Assembly (NCBI RefSeq): GCF_037392515.1
Contig: NC_090285.1
Coordinates: forward strand, 70,717,515-70,781,514
Source: Haliotis asinina
Lineage: Eukaryota
DNA length: 64,000 nt
Direction: 5' to 3'
Every line of letters begins with the position of its first letter. Positions within the stretch are counted from its first letter, which is position 1. Made by a program: the position numbers and the translations under genes. Under the pieces are notes generated by a model. That model did no database searches and was not told the DNA's origin. It was given only the letters and a program-made list of their open reading frames with translations. This document shows positions 45,690 to 57,828 of this stretch, piece after piece.

Positions 45690-45898
45690 TCTACCCATGC
45701 TTGCCATAAAAGGTGACTAATGGGATCGGGTGATCAGACTTGGTTCACTGATGTCATCGGTTCCCAATTGTGCAGATTGATGCTAATGCTGTTGATCACT
45801 GGATAGTCTGATCCAGACTCTGTTATTTACAGACTGCCACCATATAGCTGGAATATTGCTGAGTGCTGCGTAAAACTAAACTCACTCACTCACTCACT
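45690..45898 (+). mobile_element. SINE copy of family A (5'-truncated) with a (CACT)n-like tail
   Basis: tctacccatgcttgccataaaaggtgactaatgggatcgggtgatcag...ttgtgcagattgatgctaatgctgttgatcactggatagtctgatccagactctgttatttacagactgcc...gaatattgctgagtgctgcgtaaaactaaactcactcactcactcactt. Confidence 0.65.
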
Positions 45899-45899
45899 T

Positions 45900-47035
45900 G
45901 GTATCTCATTCCCAAACTTTCTGTGTCCCATTCCCAAACCACTCTGTATCCCACTCCTAAACCCTTTGTATATCACTCCCAAAACCTCTGTATCCCACTC
46001 CTAAACCCTTTGTATCTCACTCCCAAACCCTCTGTATCCCACTCCTAAACCCTTTGTATCCCAAACTGAGACCTCTGTATCCCATTCCCACAACCTCTGT
46101 ATCCCAAACCCAAACCCTCTGTATCCCATCCCGACAACCTCTGTATCCCAAACCCAAACCCTTTGTATCCCATACCCACAACCTCTGTATCCCAAACCCA
46201 AACCACTCTGTATCCCACTCCTAAACACTTTGTATCTCACTCTCAAACCCTCTGTATCCCATTCCCACAACCTCAGTATTCCAAACCCAAACCCAACCCC
46301 TCTGTATCCCATTCCCACACCCTCTGTATCCCACTCCTAAACCCTTTGTATCTCACTCCCAAACCCTCTGTATCCCACTCCGAAACCCTTTGTATCTCAC
46401 TCCCAAACCACTCTGTATCCCACTCCTAAATCCTTTGTATCTCACTCCCAAACCCTCTGTATCCCACTCCTAAACCATTTGTATCTCACTCCCAAACCCT
46501 CTGTATCCCACACCCACACCCTCTGTATCCCACTCCTAAACCCTTTGTATCTCACTTCCAAACCACTCTGTATCCCAATCCTAAACCCTTTGTATCTCAC
46601 TCCCAAACCCTCTGTATCCCACACCCCCACCCTCTGTATCCCACTCCTAAACCCTTTGTATCTCACTCCCAAACCACTCTGTATCCCACTCCTAAACCCT
46701 TTGTATCTCACTCCCAAACCCTCTGTATCCCATTCCCACAACATTTGTATCCCAAACCCAAACCCTCTGTATCCCATTCCAACACCCTCTGTATCCCAAA
46801 CCCTCTGTATCCCACACCCAAACCACTCTGTATCCCACTCCTAAACCCTTTGTATCTCACTCCCAAACCCTCTGTATCCCACACCCACACCCTCTGTATC
46901 CCACACCCACACCCTCTGTATCCCACTCTCAAACCCTCTGTATCCCAAACCCAAACCCTCTGTATCCCACACCCACACCCTCTGTATCCCACACCCACTG
47001 TATCCCACACCCAAACCACATGTCATTGTATCCCA
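45900..47035. repeat. Satellite array of about 1.1 kb, with a roughly 22-bp base unit (ctctgtatcccactcctaaacc / ctttgtatctcactcccaaacc), starting exactly at the tail of the preceding SINE
   Basis: The array begins ...aaactcactcactcactcacttggtatctcattcccaaactttctgtgtcccattcccaaacc... A SINE-body fragment in the same orientation follows the array. The array generates artefactual ORFs on both strands (46001-47077). Confidence 0.8.
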
Positions 47036-47112
47036 GTTGCATAGATTGATGATGATTGTGTGAATCGTGCAGTTCACATGTGATAATTTATAGACTGCTC
47101 CCGTATAGCTAG
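47036..47112 (+). mobile_element. SINE family A body fragment (no head, degenerate tail) at the 3' edge of the satellite
   Basis: gcatagattgatgatgattgtgtgaatcgtgcagttcacatgtgataatttatagactgctcccgtatagctagaatagtgtg resembles the SINE body ttgtgcagattgatgct...ttatttacagactgccaccatatagctggaatattgctgagtg. Confidence 0.45.
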
Positions 47113-47159
47113 AATAGTGTGTCCTAACATCATGTACTAACGCTGGTTTCTTTCACCAG

Positions 47160-47242
47160 AACTTGTGTTGGAGATATTCTTGCAACTGGAGAAGCATACA
47201 CAGATGGTGATAAGGATTCTTCCATGGAACATATTGCTGATG
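47160..47242 (+). CDS. PARP4: PARP4 exon 29, putative. Supported by splice phase only, with weak homology.
   Basis: Acceptor tttcaccag|A. (S)TCVGDILATGEAYTDGDKDSSMEHIAD. Donor G|gtaggt. Its length (83 nt) converts the phase 2 left by exon 28 to the phase 1 required by exon 30. Confidence 0.4.
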
Positions 47243-49667
47243 GTAGGTGTTTCAGGATTGCAGTTCTAGCACTAACTAACTTCTTGAAGATTGTCTTGAA
47301 TAAACATGTGAAACATTAACTACACACAATATCTCAAAAGCTGCCATTTCATATGTTGCGAAGGAACAAGTATATTAGGTTATAAAATGTTCAATTTAGT
47401 TTCATGAACTCACTTAGCAGGACATGAATATAAATGAACTTACTTGACATCAAGACTTGCACAATGTACACAGTAGCAGGTTACTGCTGTGTGTGTGATG
47501 CCTGGTGCAATGTCAGTGCCTGGTGCAGTATCAGTGCTTTCTTCAACATTAACCTCATGGCCATCAATTGACCTGTGAGGAGGTGTGTGTCCATCAGTGA
47601 GGTATGGTATGACCAGCAATTATTGAGAATTTAAAGACTGTAAATTTCTTATTGTTTTCCTTCACATATTAAATGTAAAGATTAGCAGAACATAACACCA
47701 GATTCAGAGACAGGTGAACAGTTAGTATTTTGTCAAGTCCCCATGGGCAGCAATGCAGGCTTCAATGGTCGATGCTGTCCCCATATCGGACCACCTCTAC
47801 TTTCATTTCATTTGTCAGATTTTTCATATTGATACTTTGCTTCATACGTTTTCTACTGGATTTAGGTCAGGACTGTGGCTTGGCCAATATAATAATGTCA
47901 TCCTTTGGGTCCAAAACTAGGCCTGTGAATGCTTTGATCTATGTTTTGGATCATAATCCTGCTGGAAACTCCAAAAATTTCCATAGAACACATGAGGAGA
48001 TGGAAGTAAAAGTCCTTCGAGAATATCTGTGTATCGCTCACTGTTCATATTCCCTTCGAATAAAAAGATATGCCACCCCACATGTTACATTTCTGACTGC
48101 ACTTTGGTAACTGAAACATGAGTGTTTCAATTTGTTTGGTCCAGAAATTTCAGCGTATTAGGAAACAGCCATACAGAAATTTCATCTGAGAAAACCACAT
48201 TGTCCCAGTTAAAATTTTAATGCTGTAAGCACTAGTTCAACCTTCACTCCTTTAGTTCCGGTTTCATGATCGGTGGTGGAATTCCTTGACTTTCGAGCCA
48301 AACCGCTGCATGCAGCTCAATTCCAATGTTCTCCTTGTAGACAGCCACAGTTCAGTCTATCCACGTCAGCTGGAGCTGAAGTTGACCATGCTTCCTAACT
48401 TGTCAGTTATTTCTTCTAGTTCCCTTGCTTAGTTGCGCTGCACTACGTAATGCTACACTTAAAACCTGACCTGAAAAGCTTTAACATTTAATAACAAAAC
48501 ACCTTTACTGTATCATAACTAAATTAAAATATATACTTGACAGGCATGATGTAATAAAGAAGAACTAAACACTTGCTTGTGAATAAATCAAACATGTCTG
48601 AAAAATGGAAAATTGTCACTTGTACCAAAACACCTTACATTTAGTTTACAGACTCAAGGAGGCACAACTTGTGTTCTGGTCTTACCAAAACACCTTACGT
48701 TTAGTTTACAGACTCAAGGAGGCACAACTTGTGTACTGGTCTTACCAAAACAGAGTTCTTTGTTTTGACTTCAACACATCGAATGAAAGGTTCTAATAAC
48801 GCGTCCTAAAGGTCAACAAGAAACATGGAGATTGCTCATCCATCAAGTACACAATATCTCTGACCGAGATATGAACTCCAGGTTTTGTCCATGTTTGTTT
48901 TGCTTGCAGACTTGGAAAGTATTCCCTTGTCCAGCATCTCCAAAATTGGTCCCGCAAGAAACTGAACATGCTTCCATTACTTTCTGTACTGTTAAATCCT
49001 GTACAGTGAATTCCCCTGGGGGAAATTACTGACTTGCATGTAACAGCAACATGTGATTTGGTGATAAAGCCTCCAAATCTTTGGGACTGTCTGAAACAAC
49101 TGTTATGGACCTACTATTCACAATACCCTCAATCTCACGGAACATCCTATTGAGCCCTTCATCTCTGAGTCCTTGGTGTTCATACAACAGTGAATTAAGA
49201 ACTTTCTGCACTGTTCAAATTTGGTGCTCTAACACGCCTTCCCTGTGTGAGGCAATGGAGGATTAAAAATCCACTGAACATCCTTTTGTAGCATGAAGTC
49301 CTCAGTCTGAGACTTATTCTATAAGCTGATAGCATCTTTGAGTTCTCTTTACGCTTCTTTGAAATTTGAGCCATTCTCAGATCTCAACAATGTTGGTTTA
49401 CCTCTTCATGCCATAAACCGGCTCAGCAGGGGCTCAAAATTTCCATTGCCCGACACCTGGCACAATTCACTTTTCATATTGAGCAATCAAATAATGGTAA
49501 CTTATTTGTCCGTGGGCTACTAGGAAATATCGACTTATGGGTTTAAACTGCAAAAAGTAACTTGGGTTTCATTTCATATCTCCTCCAAATGTAGCTATTA
49601 AATTTCACAATGATAATAAAGTAGGGTTATCTTTCTTTGCTATTTATCACTTAAGAATTGACTGTGT

Positions 49668-49782
49668 GTTTCTTTCGTTGCATTGAGGTATGAAACTAAA
49701 AACAGATGTGCAAACATCCGTGGATTCTTACAAAAGTTTGCACATCTGTTTTTAGTTTAATACCTCAATGCAACGAAAGAAA
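49668..49782. repeat. Near-perfect 115-bp palindrome (about 46-bp arms with a 21-nt spacer)
   Basis: ctttcgttgcattgaggtatgaaactaaaaacagatgtgcaaac ... gtttgcacatctgtttttagtttaatacctcaatgcaacgaaag. The arms are reverse complements with about 1 mismatch. Confidence 0.8.
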
Positions 49783-52700
49783 TGATATAGGCTTTCAACG
49801 ATACTTCTTTAAACATAATCAAATTCATCGAAAGAGGTATCTTTGTTACCGCCGATTAACAATTTCGGTGTATAAATTCGGTAATAGCGTGACATGACTC
49901 AGGTGACTCATTTACGTAAAATGACACGCCTACCAAACCATTAGCCAATCAGCATAGAGCACCCCCAAACTGCTGTCAATCAACCAAGCTAACATCAGGT
50001 GGCAAATCAGAAAGGAACAACACAATGTGACATGTTCCGGTAACAGCAAAGTTTCAAGTTCAAACATTTGAATTATTACCAGCAAACTGCGAGACAGTTT
50101 GAAAAGTGAGAATTGGAAATGAAGCCCGATGACATGAAGTTGGTGGAACTGAGATTGTTAGTGGCAGCAGTATTTGCGCAAGTGGAAAGAGGCTGTGATG
50201 TGACTAGGATTGCGATGCCATTAACTGATGTTCCATCGTGCGCATGCTCTTGTCGAGGCGTTACAACGTCATTAACGCTCACGGATAATTTTGAGTTGTT
50301 TCTTTATGTTAACCACAATGTATCACTTTATCCAAAGTTCATTAGGGTACCTGAGTGCAAGGGAATTCCCTTGTCGTGTAAAGGTATTACCCGACATTCT
50401 TCAGGTCCGAAAGTAGTCCGGTTCGTTGGGCGTGGCTTAGCTTTTTAGATTCATTGGGAAATGAAATCAAAAGAAATGTTCCCAGTTAACCAATCAGATT
50501 GCCAAAATTTTAATGAACACAATAAAAATTTAATTATTTCTTTATAAATAGTCAACTAAACATTAACATGAAATACCATTTTGATCCATTCTTTCATAGT
50601 TACGTCATTATGATTCTGTCATAAAATCATGGCAAGTGGAAAATAAGTCAGGACATTCTTGGAGAGGCAAGTGGCTTTTGAAAACATTTTTGAACCCCTG
50701 CTCAAACCATTGATAAAGGAATCGGTATCCATGCTTTCTTATTCCTCAATATGAACAAGCATCTGTAGTGCTTTTCTTGACTCTGTCCTGGCTTGAAATA
50801 AAATGGTCCAAAACAATCGACCCCTACATGACTGAAAGGTGATATGTTCAGAGTCACCCTGTCTGATAGAAGGTCGAGCCATCTTTTCACAACTGTGATA
50901 CATGTCTCCTACATGTGATGCACTTTGTAAGCACTTTTTTCACAGACTGTCTTTTGCTGATTATCCAGTACTTCTCACGGATGACAGATAGTACATGTTC
51001 CTTACCCAAATGTCCAAGCTCTTCATATGTCGAACATCCTGTCAGAGACGCAGTCTGATGTTCCTTCAGCAGAATTATGTGGTGTTTCTCAGATTCAGAG
51101 ATTGGAGCATTCATCAATCGTCCTTCAACGCAGAACATGCCATATGGATTGAGGAAAGGGTCCAAAGCTTGAATAGAACTGGAACCTTTCATTGGCTTTC
51201 CTTTGGGAAGAGAGACAATTTCCTAGTGATGCACATACCTAATCACCCTTTTACCTGCCTGTTGAATTTCTTTCACTGTTAGTGGTTCCTTTGAGGTAGT
51301 GACATATTTACCTACCTTTGCTCTCATTTGTAAACATTCTTTCAGTCTCATGATCCATGCAACAGTTTTTTTGTAACTTATGCCATGAAGGTTACCTTTT
51401 GAGTAATCTGTGCAACTGTCATTGTTTCATTGGACCCTACTTCACTGTTGCCATTTTCAGCTCTAAACTTTCACTTGGTATGTCAAATGCTTCAAGCATC
51501 TCCAGTCAGTATTCTTCGTCTTTTCCCATGTATCCGAGTATCTCTAGAAGAAATATTGTCTGCATCAACTCCATGGGCACATCATCTGCTGGATTAAGTG
51601 CAGAAGTCACATAACACCAATTTTCTGGAAATGAAGAGTTGCAGATTTCAAAAACTCTGTTTGCAACAAAAGTCAGATACCTTTGAGAAGAATTATTGAT
51701 ACAATTTAGCACAATCATACTAATTGTCCAAAATGTTGACTTGTCAACTTTCAGTTTCAGCTCAGACCTGACCATACTGTCCAGCTTTGCACTGAAAACA
51801 GCAGCTGATAGTTCCAGTCTTTGGACTGTAATACTCTTGACAGGAACAAGTCTAGATTTTCCAGCAAGAAATGAGATATGCACTGTTCCAGCTGCATTCC
51901 CATGTCTCACATATGACACTGCTCCATAACCCTTCGTTGAAGTGTCTGCAAAATGATGTAAACTGTAGGACATCAATTCTCCAAAATTGTCTGGTACTAT
52001 GCAACGAGGTATGGTAAGTTTTCGAGCCTTGTTTGCCACTTTTGACATTTTCAGGTGCTAAACGAGAATCCCAATCTTTCTTTAGCTGACACTCATTTTG
52101 AAATATCATCTTAGCTTGTAATACTGGGCTTAGAAATCCACTAGGATCATACAGTGAACTGAGTACACTAATAACTCCTCTTCTTGTCATAGGCTTGTCC
52201 TTAGGTGTGAACTTGAAATCTAATTTATCAGTGTCTGTATTCCACCTGACCCCTATGGCCTTGTGTTCTGGAATCTGACTGCAGCTGATATCATGATCCT
52301 GAACAATCTTCACTCTTTCCTTGACTGGTATTGTTTCAACAACCTTGCAGCTGCTGCTTAACAATTTTGTCAACTTAAATCCACCTTTTTGTAGTGGTTG
52401 GTCCTGTTCTTGGACTAAGTGGATTTCTTTGTCATCCATGGAAATGGACTTCAAGCAGTCATTGATGTAGACGTTATCAGTTTCAACAGTTTCTTGGTTG
52501 AAATCATGATGTGTCTCGATGTGTATCAGCAACTCTGACTTGATGAAACATTGCTTCAGTGTCACAGGTTATGTTGATTTTTGGAACTTCCAACAATGTG
52601 TTTGTCAAGTGTGGGCCTTGAAAAATTTGAGTATTCAAACTTTCCTGGCAATACTCACACAAAAACACTTACCTGGTTTCTTCTCATTGGTAACAGAGTG

Positions 52701-53439
52701 ATGTAGTAAGTACCAGGTGAGTCCCTCACTTCCTTGTATGTCAGGTTCCAGCACTTTGTTGGTGTAGCCTTTATCAACGACATTCTGTATCCCAGCTTTG
52801 TAACTTGCAAACGATAAAAGATCATCCCAGACCAAGAAGACCAAGGAGGACCATTGACTGTGATGACCAGGTCCTCACTGCTGCTGTGGTGTTGTATGTC
52901 AATCAGTTTGATTTCACTACAGTACCAGGGATGTAATACATAATGTTGCCAGGAGGAGGTCCTGGATGCTGCACATTTGTTAACCATCCTCATGCCAGAC
53001 CCAGTTTCATACTGTAAAGGGCACTTGCTCCTCTGTCAATGGGGGCTCCACAGGGATGTGCTCTTTGTCCTATCTTGTTTATTTGCTGTACAAATAACTG
53101 TTAATGTACAGTAACTGTCTTTATCATATAATAGATAGTGTTCTTGGCAAGATAAAGCCAACAGATTTTTTTTGGATCAGTTGGGGTCATATACAGATAT
53201 CAATGCAAATTTTAGGAACTACTTTCACAGTGTGAACAAATGTGGCGTCACGTGTCAGCGATCATGTCCAGATTCACGGCTGTGGTTACGGTACTATCAG
53301 TACTTTGACCCCAGAAAATTTGTGCCTGGTTATGATAGATGGAGTAGGTTACAAAGCAAAGATAGAAATTCATGCACTTGTAAAGATACAAACACCAGTT
53401 TCATTACTGACTGTCAGTGTTATGGAGAGAACAGCAGAG

Positions 53440-53725
53440 GAATCAATTCTTATAAACATGGCTGTGTATGTACACTCCCTGGAGTCAATTCTGATAAACA
53501 TGGCTGTGTATGTACACTCCTTGGAGTCAATTCTGATAAACATGGCTGTGTATGTACACTCCTTGGAGTCAATTCTGATAAACATGGCTGTGTATGTACA
53601 CTCCCTGAAGTCAATTCTGATAAACATGGCTGTGTATGTACACTCCCTGGAGTCAATTCTGATAAACATGGCTGTGTATGTACACTCCCTGAAGTCAATT
53701 CTGATAAACATGGCTGTGTATCTAA
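53440..53725. repeat. Minisatellite, 60-bp unit with about 4.7 copies (intron 29)
   Basis: gtcaattctgataaacatggctgtgtatgtacactcc.tg.a repeats. It yields the artefactual ORFs at 53172-53780 on both strands. Confidence 0.85.
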
Positions 53726-53911
53726 ATATGCATCAGCTTTACAGACTGCTCATGTGAAAATTAGCATGCAGAAATCATGAATGTCATTCATGAATGTGTG
53801 GCGCAATTTGTTTAAGGAAACAATCTTGATATGCTGATCTCTTACAATTAGTGTATTTAGAAATGTGACTGTGATTCATATCTTAATGTAAAGTATGTGT
53901 TTTTCTTTCAG

Positions 53912-54961
53912 ATATGATACTAGATACACTACAGTGTGCATTGTTGCCGGAAGAGCCTCCCGAGGAAAGTAAGCCACATGCAGCACAATTTCAACAAAGG
54001 ATGAGAAGTCGTATGAAATGTTCTCTTCCTCCATTGTCTGACACTGGGGGCCTTGAACAGGCAGTGGCAGCTGAAAGGATTGTTGATGAGTTTGAGGAGG
54101 AGTCCGAGGATGAAGACATGGGGTTTGGATTGTTTGATGATGACATTCCTACAAGTTCCAAATATGTCACTGTCAGACACGAGGATGTGCCCGCAAACAT
54201 AGCAATAGAAGGAGGCTCCCCACCAACACTGTCACTAAAGACAGGTTTTGCAGGAAAGGATATTGATGATGCCGCACAATCAGCGAAAAAGAAGAAAAAG
54301 TCCAAAGCATTCATTCCTCCTCCTCCTCCAGTCATCCATCCAGTGATGTCTGCCAGACAAGACTCCCTACTTGCTAAAGGCACTAGAGGAACATTATTCT
54401 CTGTTGATGCTGCAAGTCATGGTCGTGCTTCTCTGCTTCAGCAAATAGGTACTGGCAAACAGTTGAAGAAAGCTGTTGGGCCTCAATTGCAAGGTTACTC
54501 ATCTACGCAACTTCAAGCTGAAATGTTTTCCCTTGCTAAAGGAGCTCCTCTCCCTGCTCGATATATGCTTACTAGAGCCTCACCTCCCCCTACTGGTCAT
54601 CCAGGACTAACTCCTCCTCCCCCTCCCCCTCCCCTTCCCCCTCACCACCATCGTGAAGCCACACCTCTTCCACCTCCACCAGCAGGACTTAAGGCAGCCC
54701 CACCTCCACCTCCAGGACTAGCTCCTCCCCCCTCTCCACCCCCCCCTCCAGGACTAGCTCCTCCCCCCTCTCCTCCTCCCCCTCCAGGACTAGCCCCAAA
54801 CCAACAACTTATAAGATCACGGAGAACAAAATCTGTGACTTCTTTTGGCAAGATTTGCCCTCCGTCACCTCCACCAGATGTCTCCAGGACATCTCCTCCT
54901 GCAAGAGCTGATGCATTGGCCAAAAGGGCAAGAAGTAGAAGCAGAGATCGAGATTTAGCAG
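53912..54961 (+). CDS. PARP4: PARP4 exon 30, a large C-terminal-region exon with an acidic stretch, a K-rich patch, a WH2-like motif and polyproline repeats
   Basis: Acceptor tttctttcag|AT. (D)MILDTLQCALLPEEPPEE...DEFEEESEDEDMGFGLFDDD...KKKKKSKAFIPPPPP...RASLLQQIGTGKQLKKAVG... then (PGLAPPPSPPPPPGLAPPPSPPPPPGLAP). Donor G|gtaaga. Phase 1 on both sides matches the flanking exons. Confidence 0.6.
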
Positions 54962-55779
54962 GTAAGATTGGAAAATCTGACTTTCACTGTCAACAGTTTT
55001 AGGAAACTTGGCATAGACCAGGGCCTAGGTTTTCGAAGCTCTTTAGAGCTGGTTAATGTTAAGTAATTTAATGTTAATGTATTGCACTTATGACTGTCTT
55101 AGCATTAAGAGAGCTTTGAAAATATAGGCCCAGCGGTCTTTTCCACACGATGATTTTAATCTTAAATCCTGTATATAACAACCTACGATTGTAGTGGTCT
55201 TTTCCACAAGACAATTTTAATTTTAAGTCCTGTATATAACAACCTACGACTTTAAAGTGTGTGATGGACTTAAGCTCTGTGTTTAACAATGGCTTTTGAT
55301 TTACTGTTGAAACTAGCATTTGGTAGGGTCATTAATACACTGTAGATACCAGTGTTTGATAGGGTCATTGATGCTCTGTAGATACAGTGAGACTGTGTAT
55401 AGAGGGAGAAGAAACTCCTCGAAACCCCTGAACGTATGCCGAATGTCGATACGTAACCAGTGTAGCCAATATGGCGGCAGCGTAGTATTTAATATTGAGT
55501 CCAGTCTGTTTTCAACAGCTGATTAAATTCGCTGAGTGTCGTGACAACTGAAACCCTACATGTAGAAGATAAGTAAACTATTTTGTCACTGCAGTTTAAG
55601 TCAAATAATTGGTATTAGTGTCAGTATTAGGACGGTAGACTTTTTGTAAAGTTTCAACTCGTTATGTTATCACTCACTGGCTTTCACTTGATTCACCTTG
55701 AAGATAGACTAAATTGTGCCGATAAAAAATTCTTTCACACGTTTGTTTAATTTTTAGAAGGGAAACATGTCTTAGGTTG

Positions 55780-56330
55780 AAAGGAATTTGCAAGTAATAG
55801 TGATAGTTTTATGACTTTAAAAAATTGTAAGGGTGTATTTGAGGTGCATGAAATATATGACAAATTGCCAATCTGTTCTGATCCGCCATTGAAATACTAC
55901 ACACCGTTGTTTGAGTATTCCTAGTTATTTATTCAAAAATGTCTTTCACATACACCTCTAATTCCACCTGAGGGGAATATACTATCAGGTGAAATGTGTT
56001 TGCAAGTAATAGTGATAGTTTCAAAATCAAAAAAAGAATGTTAGGGTGTATTTGAGGTGTTTGAAAAATGTGACATGTCGCTGATCTGATCTGATTCGCC
56101 ATTGAAATACTACACACCGTTGTTTGAGTGTTTCTAGTTATTACATGTACTTCAAAAACATCTTTCACATGTACCTTTAATTCTTATGAGGGGAATATAC
56201 TGTCAGTTGAAATGTGTTTACAAGTGATAGTGATAGTTTCATAATCTAAAAAAGAATGTTAGGTTGTATTTGAGGTGTTTGAAACTTGTGACATGTCGCT
56301 GATCTGTTCTGATCATTGATGTTTGCGATG
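55780..56330. repeat. Tandem repeat, about 215-bp unit with about 2.5 copies
   Basis: ...tgcaagtaatagtgatagtttcaaaatcaaaaaaagaatgttagggtgtatttgaggtgtttgaaaaatgtgacatgtcgctgatctg...cattgaaatactacacaccgttgtttgagt... recurs at about 55790, 55980 and 56200. Confidence 0.7.
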
Positions 56331-56439
56331 CTTGAGGGTTATAGTTCCATAAGTTCTTTCTCTCTTGTTGATCTTATTATTTGAGAAAACTTGAAAGATG
56401 TTTGCAAGGCTTTGTGTGTCTGTCTGGCCGTCCATAGTC

Positions 56440-57440
56440 ATTTTGTTTTCGGAGCATAACTCAGAAACCATTCACTATTTTTAGACCAAACTTGATAGAC
56501 ATAATAATCTCAACCTACTGTTCTTCCTTTTTATCCCCCCGGCATGTAATGCCTCGTCAGTCTGTCCGTCCGTCCGTCCGTCCGTCCGTCCGTCCGTCCG
56601 TCCGTCCGTCCGTCCGTCCGTCCGTCCGTCCGTCCGTAATCATTTTGTTTCCGGAGCATAACTCAGAAACCGTTCAATATTTTTAGACCAAACTTGATAG
56701 ATGGAATGATCTCAACCTATGCCTTTTGCTGTGTACAGAGTTTGGGCATTTTTATTTTTTTTGTTTTTCCATGGAACATTTTGGTGTTAGTCGAATGGTG
56801 GGGCGGGCATCGTTGCCGGAGCATAACTCAAAAACCGTTCAATATTTTTCGTCAAAACTTGGTAGATATGTGTGGCAGACCCCAAAGTGGTGTCTTTTGC
56901 TATTTACGGGGTTTTGTGATTTATTATTTTCTCGGTTTCCATGGAAATGTTTCGGACTTAGGCTCAAAATGAAGGGATGTGCTTCATTTCCGGAACAGAA
57001 CTCAAAAACCGTTCAATATTTTTCTGCAAAACATGGTTGATATACCAATCAGAAGCTGCCATGGTGTCTTTTGCTAGTTACAGGTTTTTGTGATTTCTTG
57101 GTTTCTCGGTTTCCATGGAAACGATTTGGACTTAGTCTCAAAATGGAGGTATGTTTCGTTTCTGGAAACATTCTATATTTTGCTGCAAAACTTGGTAGAT
57201 ATATCAGTCAGAACCTGAAGTGGTGCCTTTTGCTATCTTCATGTTTTTGTGATTTCTTATTTTCTTGGTTTCCATGAGACTTTTTGACTTAGTCTCAAAA
57301 GTGAGAGGCTTGTTTCATTTTTGGAGCAGAACCATTTCATATCATTCAACAGATGTTGGCAGATCTTGAAGTGGTGCCTTTTGCTGTTTGCAGATATATG
57401 GCATTTATATTTTGCATGACTTCCATGGAAACGATTCAAA
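56440..57440. repeat. Satellite family of about 170-bp units with about 5.5 copies (same family as 63520-64000)
   Basis: Recurring ...tttccggagcataactcagaaaccgttcaatatttttagaccaaacttgatagat...tgccttttgctatttacag.tttttg.gatttcttggtttctcggtttccatggaaacgatttggacttagtctcaaaa... Produces artefactual ORFs at 56694-57277. Confidence 0.75.
56553..56637. repeat. (TCCG)n microsatellite of about 18-20 units embedded in one satellite unit
   Basis: The perfect gtccgtccgtccg... run encodes the poly-(SVRP) ORF at 56492-56686. The homologous unit at 63580-63615 has only gtctgtccgccatccgtctgtccattcatccg. Confidence 0.9.
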
Positions 57441-57828
57441 CTTGATCTAAGAAAACATCAAGTGACTGTCAGATGATTTGTCCTTTCAAATACGTAGGGG
57501 CCAGGGGGATATGTCATCTTTTGATGACTCTTGTAGTCACTGAGTATTGAAACATTGTGTATCATTTTGTGTCTGAATTCATCATACAGCACTGACCTCC
57601 TGTCTTGGCAAAATATATTATTGCAGCCATTGTAGTAAACAAAACAGTAAATTGCATACAATGTTGATAGTTACATATTTTTCATGACATTGCTGTGGGA
57701 AATACTGTATCTGTTTCAATGATAATTATCCTTGTTATCGCGGTCGTCCTGATGGTGTAAAGGACATTCCTTGAATAGTTTGGATAACCGTCACAGCCTT
57801 ATAATACCTGGAGACTGTGTTTCTTCAG

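Noticed and set aside
46001-47077. Multiple 78-121-aa ORFs on both strands (GLGYRGFG and PKPSVSHS repeats)
   Set aside because: These are artefacts of the SINE-tail-derived satellite. They have no codon-usage or homology support.
47730-48110. A 126-aa + ORF with faint resemblance (VLDHNPAGNSK) to the DDE region of Tc1/mariner transposases
   Set aside because: The similarity is limited to a few residues. There are no flanking terminal inverted repeats or TA duplication, and neighbouring frames give nothing transposase-like. Too weak to call.
53172-53780. ORFs of 82-202 aa on both strands
   Set aside because: They sit inside a 60-bp minisatellite in intron 29, so they are repeat-generated.
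56492-57277. Four + strand ORFs of 64-104 aa, including a poly-(SVRP) ORF
   Set aside because: They lie within the 170-bp satellite and the (TCCG)n microsatellite. They are repeat-generated with no gene context.
57771-57828. The N-terminal 19 codons of the 561-aa ORF (MNSLDNRHSLIIPGDCVSS)
   Set aside because: They lie upstream of a strong acceptor (ttcttcag|GT at 57828/57829). Splice phase from exon 30 enters at 57829, so the upstream Met is intronic read-through, not a start codon.
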